Below the pieces are notes generated by a model that was given only the letters and a program-made list of their open reading frames with translations, did no database searches and was not told the DNA's origin. 64,000 nucleotides of DNA from an uncultured Erysipelotrichaceae bacterium (GTDB lineage Bacteria; Bacillota_I; Bacilli_A; RFN20; CAG-826). Shown here piece after piece: positions 29,226 to 39,177 of this stretch (its first letter is position 1; each line of letters opens with the position of its first letter). The position numbers were made by a program, and so were the translations under genes. The stretch spans positions 2,283-66,282 of the forward strand of contig CADCGC010000003.1 of NCBI GenBank assembly GCA_902800905.1. The letters are read 5' to 3'.

Positions 29226-29273
29226 TGCTGACCTTCATTTCGAATAGATATATTAGAAAGTTGAGACAAGGAA

Positions 29274-30314
29274 ATGAATTACGATATTAAGGATTTTAAA
29301 TACATGAATAAAGAGTTTTATAACGACATCGTTGAGATATTGGAACGAGCTAGAAAAAGAGTATATCGCAATATTCAAAGTGAAATGGTCCTTGCTTATT
29401 GGCAAATTGGGAAGATGATTGTAGAGAAGCAAGGCGGTAGTCCAAGAGCGGATTATGGCGAGGGTCTAATTAGTGAGTTATCCATCCAAATGACCAAAGA
29501 TTATGGGAAGGGTTTTGATGCAACTAATTTAAGGAAAATGAGACAGTTTTATATGCTCTTTCCAAAACGCGCTACAGTGTGGCGCGAATTGAGTTGGAGT
29601 CATTATAAACTTTTAATTCGTATCGAAGATGACAATGCTAGAAACTTCTATATTAAAGAATCGATTGATGGCAATTGGAGTGTTAGACAACTTGAAAGAG
29701 AGATTAATACTTTCTCCTATCAAAGATATTTAGCTAGTCATTGTAATCATAATATTGTGGAGGAAACCGCTAAAAAAGAATTACCTGTCAATCCTAAAGA
29801 TATTATTAAAGACCCATACGTATTAGAGTTTGCTGGTTTAAAAGCTGATGCTTCATTTTATGAAAAAGATTTGGAATCCGCTTTGATTACCCATCTTAAT
29901 GAATTCCTGTTGGAACTTGGTAATGGCTTTGCTTTTGTGGCAAGGCAAAGACGATTTGATATAGATGGAAGAAACTATTATGTTGATTTAGTTCTATATA
30001 ATTACAAACTCAAATGCTTTGTATTAATTGATTTAAAACGAGGAGACTTAACTCATCAAGATATTGGACAAATGCAGATGTATGTGAATTATTACACTAG
30101 AGAATTGATGGAAACAGGAGATAATCCTCCAATTGGTATTATTCTATGTTCGACCAAAAGCGACACTTTGGTTAGATACACTTTGCCTTTAGACAACAAT
30201 CAGATATATGTATCAAAATATACGCTTTATTTGCCCAAAGAAGAGGATTTAAGAAAAGAAATTAATCAACAGAGAGAAATCTTAGAAAAATATGGTATCA
30301 AAGGAGATGAATAA
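29274..30314 (+). CDS. DUF1016/YhcG-family PD-(D/E)XK nuclease-like protein
   Basis: N-terminal domain with LSWSHYKLL and WSVRQLEREI…YQRY. C-terminal PD-(D/E)XK core (GNGFAFVARQRRFDIDGRNYYVDLVLYNYKLKCFVLIDLK). Confidence 0.6.
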   Translation: MNYDIKDFKYMNKEFYNDIVEILERARKRVYRNIQSEMVLAYWQIGKMIVEKQGGSPRADYGEGLISELSIQMTKDYGKGFDATNLRKMRQFYMLFPKRATVWRELSWSHYKLLIRIEDDNARNFYIKESIDGNWSVRQLEREINTFSYQRYLASHCNHNIVEETAKKELPVNPKDIIKDPYVLEFAGLKADASFYEKDLESALITHLNEFLLELGNGFAFVARQRRFDIDGRNYYVDLVLYNYKLKCFVLIDLKRGDLTHQDIGQMQMYVNYYTRELMETGDNPPIGIILCSTKSDTLVRYTLPLDNNQIYVSKYTLYLPKEEDLRKEINQQREILEKYGIKGDE

Positions 30315-30316
30315 CA

Positions 30317-30994
30317 ATGGGGAGACATTGTGGTTTTAGTTTTTATAGATTGGTGGATGGCAAGCTTGAAGATGCTGCTGTTGTTACAAATCCATGGTTA
30401 GAAGATGAGAACAAGTTGTGTAATTGGCTGCAAATTGATGGAAGATGTGATGCTACCACAATTTTTCTTGATTTAGTTATAAACAAGCAAATATATAAAA
30501 ATTGGAGAGAAGAAAGAAAACCAGAAGAAAAATATACTGCCTATTTGTTGCTCAATCATCCAGAATTAGACGGATTTAAAAAGTACTGGAAAGTTGACGA
30601 GCTTTATGACAAATCATACGAAGGATGGTTTGATAAATATTTTTATTTTGGAATAGATAATTTTAAGTCTCATTTTGATTTTGAAGAAGCTCAAAAAACT
30701 CACGACAGATGGATTCAAAATTATAAAGATGATATTCAAGAGTACAAACAGGAAATTGAGTTATTAAGAACCCACCAAGAAAAGGCTGAAACAAAAACAG
30801 CGTTCGATGGTTTTGAAGAAAAAATTAACGAACTAAAAGAAGACATTTCTTCTGCTAATACCTCGATTCATGATTTAGAGGAAGATGATTACAATTATAA
30901 TCACTATATGATTATCAAATTATACATTGAAAAAGTTGAAAAAGTCATTGCCGAACATCCCGATGTTATTGCCGTTGCATGGGCAAATGATTAG
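30317..30994 (+). CDS. Hypothetical protein (no recognisable domain), translationally coupled to the DUF1016 gene
   Basis: 225 aa, acidic, with a predicted coiled-coil C-terminus. 3-nt gap upstream and 11-nt gap downstream. Confidence 0.4.
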   Translation: MGRHCGFSFYRLVDGKLEDAAVVTNPWLEDENKLCNWLQIDGRCDATTIFLDLVINKQIYKNWREERKPEEKYTAYLLLNHPELDGFKKYWKVDELYDKSYEGWFDKYFYFGIDNFKSHFDFEEAQKTHDRWIQNYKDDIQEYKQEIELLRTHQEKAETKTAFDGFEEKINELKEDISSANTSIHDLEEDDYNYNHYMIIKLYIEKVEKVIAEHPDVIAVAWAND

Positions 30995-31005
30995 AGGCTT
31001 TTTTT

Positions 31006-31668
31006 ATGATTTTTATTACAGGTGATACCCATGGTGATATTGATTATAGGAAGCTTCTCGCTTTAAAGGAGAAGCATCTTTCCTATAACGATTATTTGAT
31101 TATATGCGGTGACGCAGGAATCTGTTGGTCCCCCCAAACGTTTCAATATCATTTAGATTTATACAACGATATAGGTTGCACAATTATTTTTATTGATGGC
31201 AATCATGAAAACTTTGATATGTTGAATCAATGTCCGTTAGTAGAATATCTTGGTGCATTAATGCACAAAATTGATAAACACATATTTCATGTTTTAAGAG
31301 GCGAAATCATGACAATAGACAATAAGACATTCTTATGTATTGGAGGCGCCATATCCATAGATAAAATGTATAGAACACCATATATTTCATGGTGGCCAGA
31401 AGAAGAAATCACGTATCATGATATTGATAACGCTTTAAACAACTTAGAAATAGTAAACAACAAAGTTGATTATGTTATAACACACTGCTGCGACACACAT
31501 ACAGTAACAAAGGCATTTTGTTATAGAAGAGACGTTTGCACTGATCAACTAACTTTTATAGACAAAGTAGTAGATTATAAACATTGGTTCTTTGGCCATT
31601 ATCACTTTGATAGACAAATCAATGGCACAAAGACATGCCTTTATCAGGAAATAGTGGAGTTAAAGTAA
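31006..31668 (+). CDS. Calcineurin-like metallophosphoesterase
   Basis: GDTHGD, GDAGICW, IDGNHENF motifs (MPP motifs I-III). 220 aa. Confidence 0.65.
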   Translation: MIFITGDTHGDIDYRKLLALKEKHLSYNDYLIICGDAGICWSPQTFQYHLDLYNDIGCTIIFIDGNHENFDMLNQCPLVEYLGALMHKIDKHIFHVLRGEIMTIDNKTFLCIGGAISIDKMYRTPYISWWPEEEITYHDIDNALNNLEIVNNKVDYVITHCCDTHTVTKAFCYRRDVCTDQLTFIDKVVDYKHWFFGHYHFDRQINGTKTCLYQEIVELK

Positions 31669-31963
31669 TTATAGATTATTCCGATGAAATATTGCGATTA
31701 AGATTATCGACGAATATATCCATTACTACAATTACGAAAGGCCAGCCTATTCTCTTGAGTATGAAACTCCGATGAACCTTTATAAGAAGTATTTACTTAA
31801 GAAATTCATCATGTGTCTACTTTTGCTTGACTAGTGCGCAGAAATTAAAAACTCGCTAGGATTTTTCCGAAAATATATAAAAAAGTCATTCAGTTTTTTC
31901 CGAAATGATGTATATAAGAAGATTAAATAAAAGCTATGTTATTTAGGATTCACGTTCAGTGTC

Positions 31964-32755
31964 CTAACCCTTAGATCTTTTTATTACCGCTTTATATATT
32001 GAAGTTTCAACGAAATAAGTTAAGAAAGTTATTAATGCGATAACAGATAAGAAAGCAATTAGATAGACTGGATATCCTGCTTTTTCTTGAACGATATTAC
32101 CTATTGGTAAATTAGTAATCCTTGTTGGATTGATAAAGAACATATTAATAAAGCGTGGATAAAAAGCTACGTTGATAATAATCGCAATCACCGCTGTAAT
32201 AGCAAACGCAATCAAACTTCTATATACCGTTTTGATAGTGATATTCTTTCTATTCCAGACGTAAATGAAAACACCAAGAACCACTTGAGAACCATGATGG
32301 ATGAAAGTCTGAATGTTGATATAAATAAATGTTGATGTAGCCATTTTTGTATAAATACAAACAGCAATACCTGCGGCCAAAGTAATCAAACATAAATATC
32401 CGGTAGCGGCATCGACAATCTTTGGATGCTTTTCTTTATTAACAAACAAAATGATTGGAATGAAGTAATAAACCATTGAGCATATACTGAACGGGAAATC
32501 ACGAACACTATATTCCCAATAAGATGGATCTCCGTAGTAAAACGATTTAACTAATTGCTTAAATATTTCTAAAACAATTAGAACAACCCAAAAGATAAAA
32601 AGAATCCTTTTATATATTTTTTCTTCAGCATTTCTAAAGAATAGAGGAATTAATATTGCCAAAGCGATAATTGGAATTAACGCGATAAAATGGAACCAAG
32701 AAATAACCTCTGGTTCTTCCATTGTACCTTGAAGAAAATGAATAAAATCTTCCAT
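31964..32755 (-). CDS. Integral membrane protein (7-8 TM), unassigned family
   Basis: 263 aa, hydrophobic throughout. Confidence 0.4.
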   Translation of the reverse strand: MEDFIHFLQGTMEEPEVISWFHFIALIPIIALAILIPLFFRNAEEKIYKRILFIFWVVLIVLEIFKQLVKSFYYGDPSYWEYSVRDFPFSICSMVYYFIPIILFVNKEKHPKIVDAATGYLCLITLAAGIAVCIYTKMATSTFIYINIQTFIHHGSQVVLGVFIYVWNRKNITIKTVYRSLIAFAITAVIAIIINVAFYPRFINMFFINPTRITNLPIGNIVQEKAGYPVYLIAFLSVIALITFLTYFVETSIYKAVIKRSKG

Positions 32756-32803
32756 TGCTTAAATTATAATATACGCGTTAATTATGTTAAAATAATAAGA
32801 ACT

Positions 32804-33751
32804 ATGAAAGATAGACCAATTGTTAACGCTAGAAAAATCAATAAAATGCGTTGTATCTCTGGAATCGTTATTTGCTCATTAGTCATAGTTTTGACTTTTG
32901 TCGCTATAAGTTTGAGTTTATCGGATTATTTTAACAGCGGAAGCTCAGAGGCTGGTATTGGCACTTTTAAAATGTTTACAACCATCTCAAATATCATCGC
33001 TGCTTTTTCTGCTGCAATGTGTCTTCCTTTCCAAATTGATGGTCTAAGAAGAGACAGATATAAACTTCCTTTTTGGATTGTAATCGTGATGTATGTCGGT
33101 GCTGTTGGAGTGTTTTTAACTTTCTTTGTCGCGATAACTATCATCAGTGCTTATCAAGGATTTGTAAAAGCGATGTTTACGAACGCTAAATTATTTACGC
33201 ACACCATTAATCCTCTTTTAATTACATTGCTATTTGTGCTTGTTATTTCTGATACACACATCAAGTTTTCTTTTTCTTTCATTTCAATAATTCCTGTTTT
33301 CGTATATATGATTATTTATCTCATCATGGTCATTATCTTAAAAGAATGGAATGATCATTATTACACCGATAAATACATTCCGTGGCCCGTATCATTGATA
33401 TTAATAATTGCTATCAGTTTTGGGATTTGCCAACTTTTGAGATTCCTTCATAATTTGACAAATAAACACGTTGATAAAACCATTGAAAAATATTATAAGG
33501 AATCGCCTGATTTCGAATTCCCTATGATAAAAGACGCAATTGCGTCACTAGCAAAAATTGAATCGAAATTTTACTATAAAGGTGATGATATATATATTCC
33601 TGTTGATATTATCAAAATGCTCTCTGATAGATATGGCAACGAAGGTGTTCCTCTTGATATCCTTTATGATATTTATTTAGAAAATTATTTAATAAACATT
33701 GGTGATAACTATGATAATCCAATGTGGTCATCAAAAAATAAAAAAATGTAG
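32804..33751 (+). CDS. Integral membrane protein with a cytoplasmic C-terminal domain
   Basis: The track's ORF starts at 32690, which would overlap the divergent gene. The ATG at 32804 (MKDRPIVNARK…) is used here. About 6 TM, then a ~100-aa soluble tail. Confidence 0.4.
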   Translation: MKDRPIVNARKINKMRCISGIVICSLVIVLTFVAISLSLSDYFNSGSSEAGIGTFKMFTTISNIIAAFSAAMCLPFQIDGLRRDRYKLPFWIVIVMYVGAVGVFLTFFVAITIISAYQGFVKAMFTNAKLFTHTINPLLITLLFVLVISDTHIKFSFSFISIIPVFVYMIIYLIMVIILKEWNDHYYTDKYIPWPVSLILIIAISFGICQLLRFLHNLTNKHVDKTIEKYYKESPDFEFPMIKDAIASLAKIESKFYYKGDDIYIPVDIIKMLSDRYGNEGVPLDILYDIYLENYLINIGDNYDNPMWSSKNKKM

Positions 33752-34208
33752 TTAATTGGTATAAAATATCTACTTAGTATATATATCACCATTGTAGTGA
33801 CTACACATGTAGAAACCGTGGTTTGTTTGAAATTAAATAATAATTAAGCAACATATTTGTAGTTGTCCAAACCGATTAATCAAAAAATGACGAGCTGCCC
33901 CAGACGACAGCAAAAAAGATTGCTTCGGGGCTCGTGACACAAGCTTTTCATGACATAATGTTAATGAAAGATTTTGTGCAAAACAGAACGAAATGATTTA
34001 GACAACTTCATAGATAAACTCACTTATTTTTTGTTGCTGCTTCTTTCGCCATAATAAAACGCAAACAAAAAAATTTTATAAATAAACGTTGCTCTATAGT
34101 GTAGAAGCGATGTTTTTATAATGTAGATACAATATTTCTTATATAAAGTGAATATATTGTGTAATATAATATCTTTGATAATTAATCAAAGAGAATCGTA
34201 GGTATTTT

Positions 34209-37200
34209 ATGAAGAAAAGAATTATAGGCCTTCTTTTTGGCTCCCTAGCCCTTTCTTTAGGTGCTCTTTTGGGTGTAACCAGTTCGGATAAAAAATTTGT
34301 AGAAGCCTCGGCTTATTATACTCCAAGTACACATTATGAAGTTTCTGATACTGCATCAGAATTAGCGTCTTATTATAGTTCAATTTCTGATAGTGATACA
34401 GGTACGTCTCTTTTAAGCAAACTTCAATCATTAAATAGCACCAAACGTAAAAGAACAGTTGGCTATAGCGGGGTTGGTACTGACACGAACGGTGCTTTCA
34501 TTTATACAGATTACGATTTAAATTACACCACTACAGATAGCAATGGTCAGACATATGGAACTAAAGTTGCATCTTTTTACACAAAAACACCTGCAACAAG
34601 CTGGAATAGAGAACACATGTGGCCTAATTCGCATGGCGGTAACAACGTTGAAGCGGATATCTTACATACAAGACCTACCATTTCTAGTGAAAACTCTTCT
34701 CGTGGCAATTCTTTCTACGTTGAAGGCAAAAATAGTAGTTCTGCAGGATGGGACCCATATACTGCAGGTTATGACGCTGAAGTTCGAGGAGAATGCGCTC
34801 GAGTAATTTTATATTGCGTTGTTGCATATCCAAGTTTTACTTTAAGTGATTCTGATTCGCACAGCACAAGTAATAGTAATAAAGATAATATGATGGGCAA
34901 TATGAACACTTTAATTAAGTGGCATTTTGACTACGCACCTAACGTTTACGAAATGAATCGTAACAATGGTTCTGAATATCTTCAAGGTAACAGAAACCCA
35001 TTCGTTGATCACCCAGAATATGTTGCACGTATTTGGTCAAGCTTTAACTCAACTGTTAGTTCCTTATGCTCAAATAACGCAGGTAAATACGAAAGTTGGA
35101 CACCAGGAAATTATTGTGAATATGGTTCTAATACACCGGTTAATAATGATGGAGTTAGTATTAGTGCCTCTTCGGCTAGTGTTTCTGTTGGAAGTACAAC
35201 AACATTATCTGCGACCGCATCTAATGGTGGAACAATTTCATGGACAACATCAAATAGTTCTGTTGCTAGCATAAGTTCATCATCATCAAATAGTGGCGCT
35301 AATATTACCATTACTGGTGTTGCTGCTGGCACCGCCACTATTACTGCTAGAGCAACCATTAACGGAACTCAATATTCTAAAACCTGTACAGTTACTGTTA
35401 CCAAAGTAGTTAGTTCACTTTCTAAAGGTTCTACTTCTCCAAATAAAACAACATATACCGCTGGAGAATCATTCGATCCAACTGGATTAACAATTACCGC
35501 TACTTATAGTGATTCTACTAGTAGCAATGTGACAAATTCTGTAGTTTGGACACCAGACCCATTAACTGCTGGAACAACTTCCGTTACAGGTACTTTTGGC
35601 GGCAAATCAATTACCATTACTGGACTAACAGTTAACGCTCAAACAGATCCAGAGATTATTGATAGTAATTCCGATTTATCCGTTGGTGATTATGTTGTTA
35701 TTCGTACCGCTGCCGGCGTTGGTGTCACAGGATGGAACAACAATAAAGACGCAACTGTTTCTGAAACAGAATCGGCATGGAAGAAATACTATGTTGCTAG
35801 TGCATCAAGTAGCGGTTTTACTTTAAAAGATGAAGCTGCAAATAACTTCATTGCAAGCCCAGGTAGTAGTAACCAATTCGTTTATGGTTCTGCTGCAACA
35901 TGCAGTACTGACTCAAGCGGTCATTTAATCTGTAATAGTAGATACCTATGCAAAAATGGAACCAACTACCGTTTCTACAGTAGTATTGGCAGTTATTTGC
36001 CGTTCTTTATTTATAAAGTTCCGGCATCATCTGCCAAAACTTTAACTTCAATTTCAGTAAACACCGCCCCTACTAAAACCACATACACCGTAGGAGAAAC
36101 ATTTGATCCTACTGGATTAGTTATAAATAGAAATTATTCTGATTCAACATCAGACACATATACATATAGTGGACATACATCTGAATTTACATTCACTCCA
36201 TCTACATCTACTCAGTTAACAACTAGTAATGTAAGCGTTACCATTTCCTATGGTGGTAAATCAACTTCACAGGCTATTGCCGTTAACGAAGCTGCAGTAG
36301 GAGAATTAACCGCTTCTTTAAATGAAGAAGGTCGAATCTTTTATGTCGGAGAAAGCATTAATAACGATGATATTAATGTCGAAAAAGGTTCTCAAAACTT
36401 ATACGACGATTTCTTGCTCGAAGGAAGCCAAGATTATAGCTATACATTCACTTATAATGACGCTCCAAGTGGCGGCGGAACAGGCTATAAAACTTTTGAG
36501 ATTGCTGACTTGAATGAAACCTGTTCTTGTTCATTAACTGTCCAAGTTAAAAGGAAACCATACGAACAGACATCTGGTTCCAATTTTGTTTCTGTAACAT
36601 ATACCGATTTACCAACCTCATATCAAACTTCTACCACACAAAGAACCGCTGCTAGCGGAGTAAAATTTATCGCTTATAACTTAGCAAATTATTCTTCTAA
36701 GATGCAATTTAAAGCATCTGGAGGATATTTCCAAACTACTGAGGAGATGAATCTAAAAACACTAACAATTAATAACCGTGAAACAAACACATTAACAGTG
36801 TATGGAAGCACCAACGGGACTTCATTTAGCCAAACAATCACCGGCACAAACGATGTCTATAATTTAACCGGATACAGCTATGTTAAAGTCATGAAAAATG
36901 GCAGCGGAGCTGCTTATTGTGCGAGCCTCACTATTGAACTTGTATCAGAAACCGCAAAAAATGTTTCTAATTACATTATGTATACAGATACAGAAAATCA
37001 ATGTAATCAAAAATTAGATATCGCAACAGGATATTTAAGTAATTTATCTTCAACCGAACTTAACACATTCAAAACTTCCTCTGATTATGTAATTGCTACT
37101 GCTAGGACTAGACTTGAAGCGTGGGCGACTAGCAAAGGAAAAACTATTAACTATACATACGGACACGTGGTCGCAAATGTAGTTCGTGTTCCTTTGATTA

Positions 37201-37313
37201 ATTCTGATCGAGAATCAATTAATAATATTGTATTAATTGTTTTATCTTCATTAGGTGCAGTTAGCATAATTGGAACATATTTCTTTGTTAGGAAAAGAAA
37301 AGAAAAAGATTAA
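34209..37313 (+). CDS. Surface-anchored extracellular nuclease: Endonuclease-I (EndA/Vvn/Bsn-like) domain + Big_2/Big_3-like Ig domains + C-terminal TM anchor
   Basis: Signal peptide (MKKRIIGLLFGSLALSLGALLG). Nuclease motifs NREHMWPNSHGG … NRNPFVDHPEYVARIW. Ig-like repeats (VSISASSASVSVGSTTTLSAT…; two TYTAGESFDPTGL(T/V)I modules). C-terminal hydrophobic helix followed by RKRKEKD. 1034 aa. Confidence 0.6.
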   Translation: MKKRIIGLLFGSLALSLGALLGVTSSDKKFVEASAYYTPSTHYEVSDTASELASYYSSISDSDTGTSLLSKLQSLNSTKRKRTVGYSGVGTDTNGAFIYTDYDLNYTTTDSNGQTYGTKVASFYTKTPATSWNREHMWPNSHGGNNVEADILHTRPTISSENSSRGNSFYVEGKNSSSAGWDPYTAGYDAEVRGECARVILYCVVAYPSFTLSDSDSHSTSNSNKDNMMGNMNTLIKWHFDYAPNVYEMNRNNGSEYLQGNRNPFVDHPEYVARIWSSFNSTVSSLCSNNAGKYESWTPGNYCEYGSNTPVNNDGVSISASSASVSVGSTTTLSATASNGGTISWTTSNSSVASISSSSSNSGANITITGVAAGTATITARATINGTQYSKTCTVTVTKVVSSLSKGSTSPNKTTYTAGESFDPTGLTITATYSDSTSSNVTNSVVWTPDPLTAGTTSVTGTFGGKSITITGLTVNAQTDPEIIDSNSDLSVGDYVVIRTAAGVGVTGWNNNKDATVSETESAWKKYYVASASSSGFTLKDEAANNFIASPGSSNQFVYGSAATCSTDSSGHLICNSRYLCKNGTNYRFYSSIGSYLPFFIYKVPASSAKTLTSISVNTAPTKTTYTVGETFDPTGLVINRNYSDSTSDTYTYSGHTSEFTFTPSTSTQLTTSNVSVTISYGGKSTSQAIAVNEAAVGELTASLNEEGRIFYVGESINNDDINVEKGSQNLYDDFLLEGSQDYSYTFTYNDAPSGGGTGYKTFEIADLNETCSCSLTVQVKRKPYEQTSGSNFVSVTYTDLPTSYQTSTTQRTAASGVKFIAYNLANYSSKMQFKASGGYFQTTEEMNLKTLTINNRETNTLTVYGSTNGTSFSQTITGTNDVYNLTGYSYVKVMKNGSGAAYCASLTIELVSETAKNVSNYIMYTDTENQCNQKLDIATGYLSNLSSTELNTFKTSSDYVIATARTRLEAWATSKGKTINYTYGHVVANVVRVPLINSDRESINNIVLIVLSSLGAVSIIGTYFFVRKRKEKD

Positions 37314-37325
37314 AAACTCATATTA

Positions 37326-37357
37326 AGTATTCCTGCGTTCAGGGATACTTTTTTTAA
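37326..37357 (+). terminator. Rho-independent terminator after the nuclease gene
   Basis: gtattcctg-cgttc-agggatac hairpin followed by tttttttaaac. Confidence 0.6.
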
Positions 37358-37370
37358 ACTTTTTCTACTG

Positions 37371-37643
37371 TTGTTGGATGCCGTCGCAGTAAGCTTTGAG
37401 ACAGTCACTATCAAACAACAGCTTTTTTGGATAATCAAATACAAACAAAACACCAAAGGGTTTGATAAATCATTTTTAAAAGCTGGTGAAACAAAAACTA
37501 TTCAAATAGAAATCCACCGCGACTCTTTCGCGTATTTTGATAAATCATTAAATAAATGGTCAGTGAAATCTAGTGTATATAAAATCCAAATTGGAAAGTC
37601 TTGTTCAAATATTCAATTGCAAGTTGATGTAAATATCAAATAA
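37371..37643 (+). pseudogene. Remnant of a GH3 beta-glucosidase: only the C-terminal fibronectin-III-like domain (~90 aa)
   Basis: …KGFDKSFLKAGETKTIQIEIHRDSFAYFDKSLNKWSVKSSVYKIQIGKSCSNIQLQ matches the GH3 C-terminal Fn3-like domain consensus (KGFxKVxLxPGExKTVxFxL…WxVExGxYxIxVGxSSxDIxL). It starts immediately after a terminator. No upstream GH3 catalytic domains are present. Confidence 0.6.
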
Positions 37644-37704
37644 CAATATTGAATACTAAGTTTCAAGAACTTATTATAAATATCGTGATAAATAGAGGTG
37701 TGTT

Positions 37705-38004
37705 ATGGTTGCAAAAATATTAGAAGCTATCATGATTGTTTTGTTTGGGATTAGTTGGCCCTTCAATTTAATGAAATCAATTAGAAGCAAAACAACAAAA
37801 GGAAAAAGCTTATTGTTTTTAGTCTTAATAGATGCTGGCTATATTGCCGGCATTACTTCTAAATTTTTCTCAGAGACTTTTGTGTGGGCTACTGACTGGT
37901 GGATATTTGTTATCTACACGATTAACTTCACTTTAGTAACCGCTGATTTGATTGTCTATTTTATCAATAAATCTAGAGAGGCGAGGTTGGAACAAGTAGC
38001 GTAG
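37705..38004 (+). CDS. Small 3-TM protein, possibly a SemiSWEET/PQ-loop sugar transporter
   Basis: 99 aa. TM1 plus loop ISWPFNLMKSIRSKTTKGKS resembles the SemiSWEET PQ-loop segment (SFLPQVLRVVMTKQTRDIS). Three predicted TM helices. Confidence 0.4.
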   Translation: MVAKILEAIMIVLFGISWPFNLMKSIRSKTTKGKSLLFLVLIDAGYIAGITSKFFSETFVWATDWWIFVIYTINFTLVTADLIVYFINKSREARLEQVA

Positions 38005-38045
38005 TGAATCAAACATTATTCTTTTCGCGTTAAGAACAATTATTA

Positions 38046-39137
38046 TTGCTAGTCATCGCAAACGAAGGAAACAAAACATTATCTTTGTTATATAATTTAA
38101 ATAAGAGAAAAAATATGGCTCATCCTTACGATATTAATAATCATTACAAAACGATTAGAAAAACTTGTTACACCGCAAACATCGCTTATTTGATTTTGCG
38201 TGTTTTTTATTTAGTTCTTTTCCTTGCTAGTAAACTCTGGATTATCGCAGGCGTTACTGGAGCGACAGTCATCATCTATTTGTTCTGTTTCTTATTAATG
38301 AAAAAGAAGAAATATTATTTATACGCTTTGGTATGCGGAAACGAATTCTTCGTCTTCATTATAGTAACCACTGTAATGCTAGGCTTCTCAACCGGATTCC
38401 ACTTCTATTTAATTGGATTAAGTGTTGTTTCTTTCTTCACTTCCTATTTCTCTAAGGACAACAATATCAAAGGATCTATCTTTTGGGCTGGTTTGTCATT
38501 AATCATTTATTTAGCGTTATATTTCGGTACTAGCTATAACGGCCCATATTACGCGATTGATAGATGGTTAGAAATGACTCTATTTGCAACCCATGTAGTA
38601 GTTGTGTTCTTATTCGTTGTTTTCTATATGGTAACCTTCTTGAAACACGCCCTATCACTAGAAAGAAGAATCATGAACGAATCAAGAACTGATGAGCTTA
38701 CCCAAATCAGTAACCGTTATGGTTTATATGATTATTTCTCTGAAGAAACAAACAAATCCAGCAAGGTTCTTGCGCTTTTTGATATCGATAATTTCAAATT
38801 AATCAACGATTTACACGGTCACGTAACTGGTGACTTTATTCTTAAAAGGGTCGCGGAAATCGCCACTACTGTTTTAGAAGATTCGTTTGTTTGTCGTTAT
38901 GGAGGGGAAGAGTTTGTTGTTGTTTTAGATAGTAAAAACTCTTTTGACAAATTAGAAAATCTCAGACAAAGCATTGAAAAAGAAGACTTTATCTTCGAAG
39001 GCACCAAACTTAAAATTACCATCACCATCGGTGTTAGTAGCTACTCAAGAGATATGACACTAGAAAAATGGGTTAGTCTCGCTGATGAGAAAATGTATTC
39101 TGGTAAGAAGACCGGAAAGAACAAAACTGTTTCTTAA
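38046..39137 (+). CDS. Membrane-anchored GGDEF diguanylate cyclase
   Basis: N-terminal ~6 TM region. GGDEF domain with an intact active site RYGGEEF and an RxxD-like I-site region. The alternative ATG at 38115 (MAHPYD…) may be the true start. Confidence 0.75.
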   Translation: MLVIANEGNKTLSLLYNLNKRKNMAHPYDINNHYKTIRKTCYTANIAYLILRVFYLVLFLASKLWIIAGVTGATVIIYLFCFLLMKKKKYYLYALVCGNEFFVFIIVTTVMLGFSTGFHFYLIGLSVVSFFTSYFSKDNNIKGSIFWAGLSLIIYLALYFGTSYNGPYYAIDRWLEMTLFATHVVVVFLFVVFYMVTFLKHALSLERRIMNESRTDELTQISNRYGLYDYFSEETNKSSKVLALFDIDNFKLINDLHGHVTGDFILKRVAEIATTVLEDSFVCRYGGEEFVVVLDSKNSFDKLENLRQSIEKEDFIFEGTKLKITITIGVSSYSRDMTLEKWVSLADEKMYSGKKTGKNKTVS

Positions 39138-39177
39138 TATTGATATATTATTTATATGCTCGTATAGCGAGCTTTTT

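Noticed and set aside
31669-31963. Direct repeat ttttccgaaa(a/t)g, twice, 30 bp apart, in the intergenic region between the metallophosphoesterase and the convergent membrane-protein gene
   Set aside because: It is short (10-11 bp) and has no associated regulator gene on the appropriate side. It could be chance in AT-rich DNA, so it is noted only.
33881-33945. Imperfect hairpin (cgagctgcccc…ggggctcg) in the 450-bp AT-rich region upstream of the nuclease gene
   Set aside because: Bulged stem, 25-nt loop and no U-tract, so it is not convincing as a terminator or riboswitch. The region otherwise looks like promoter or AT-rich spacer.
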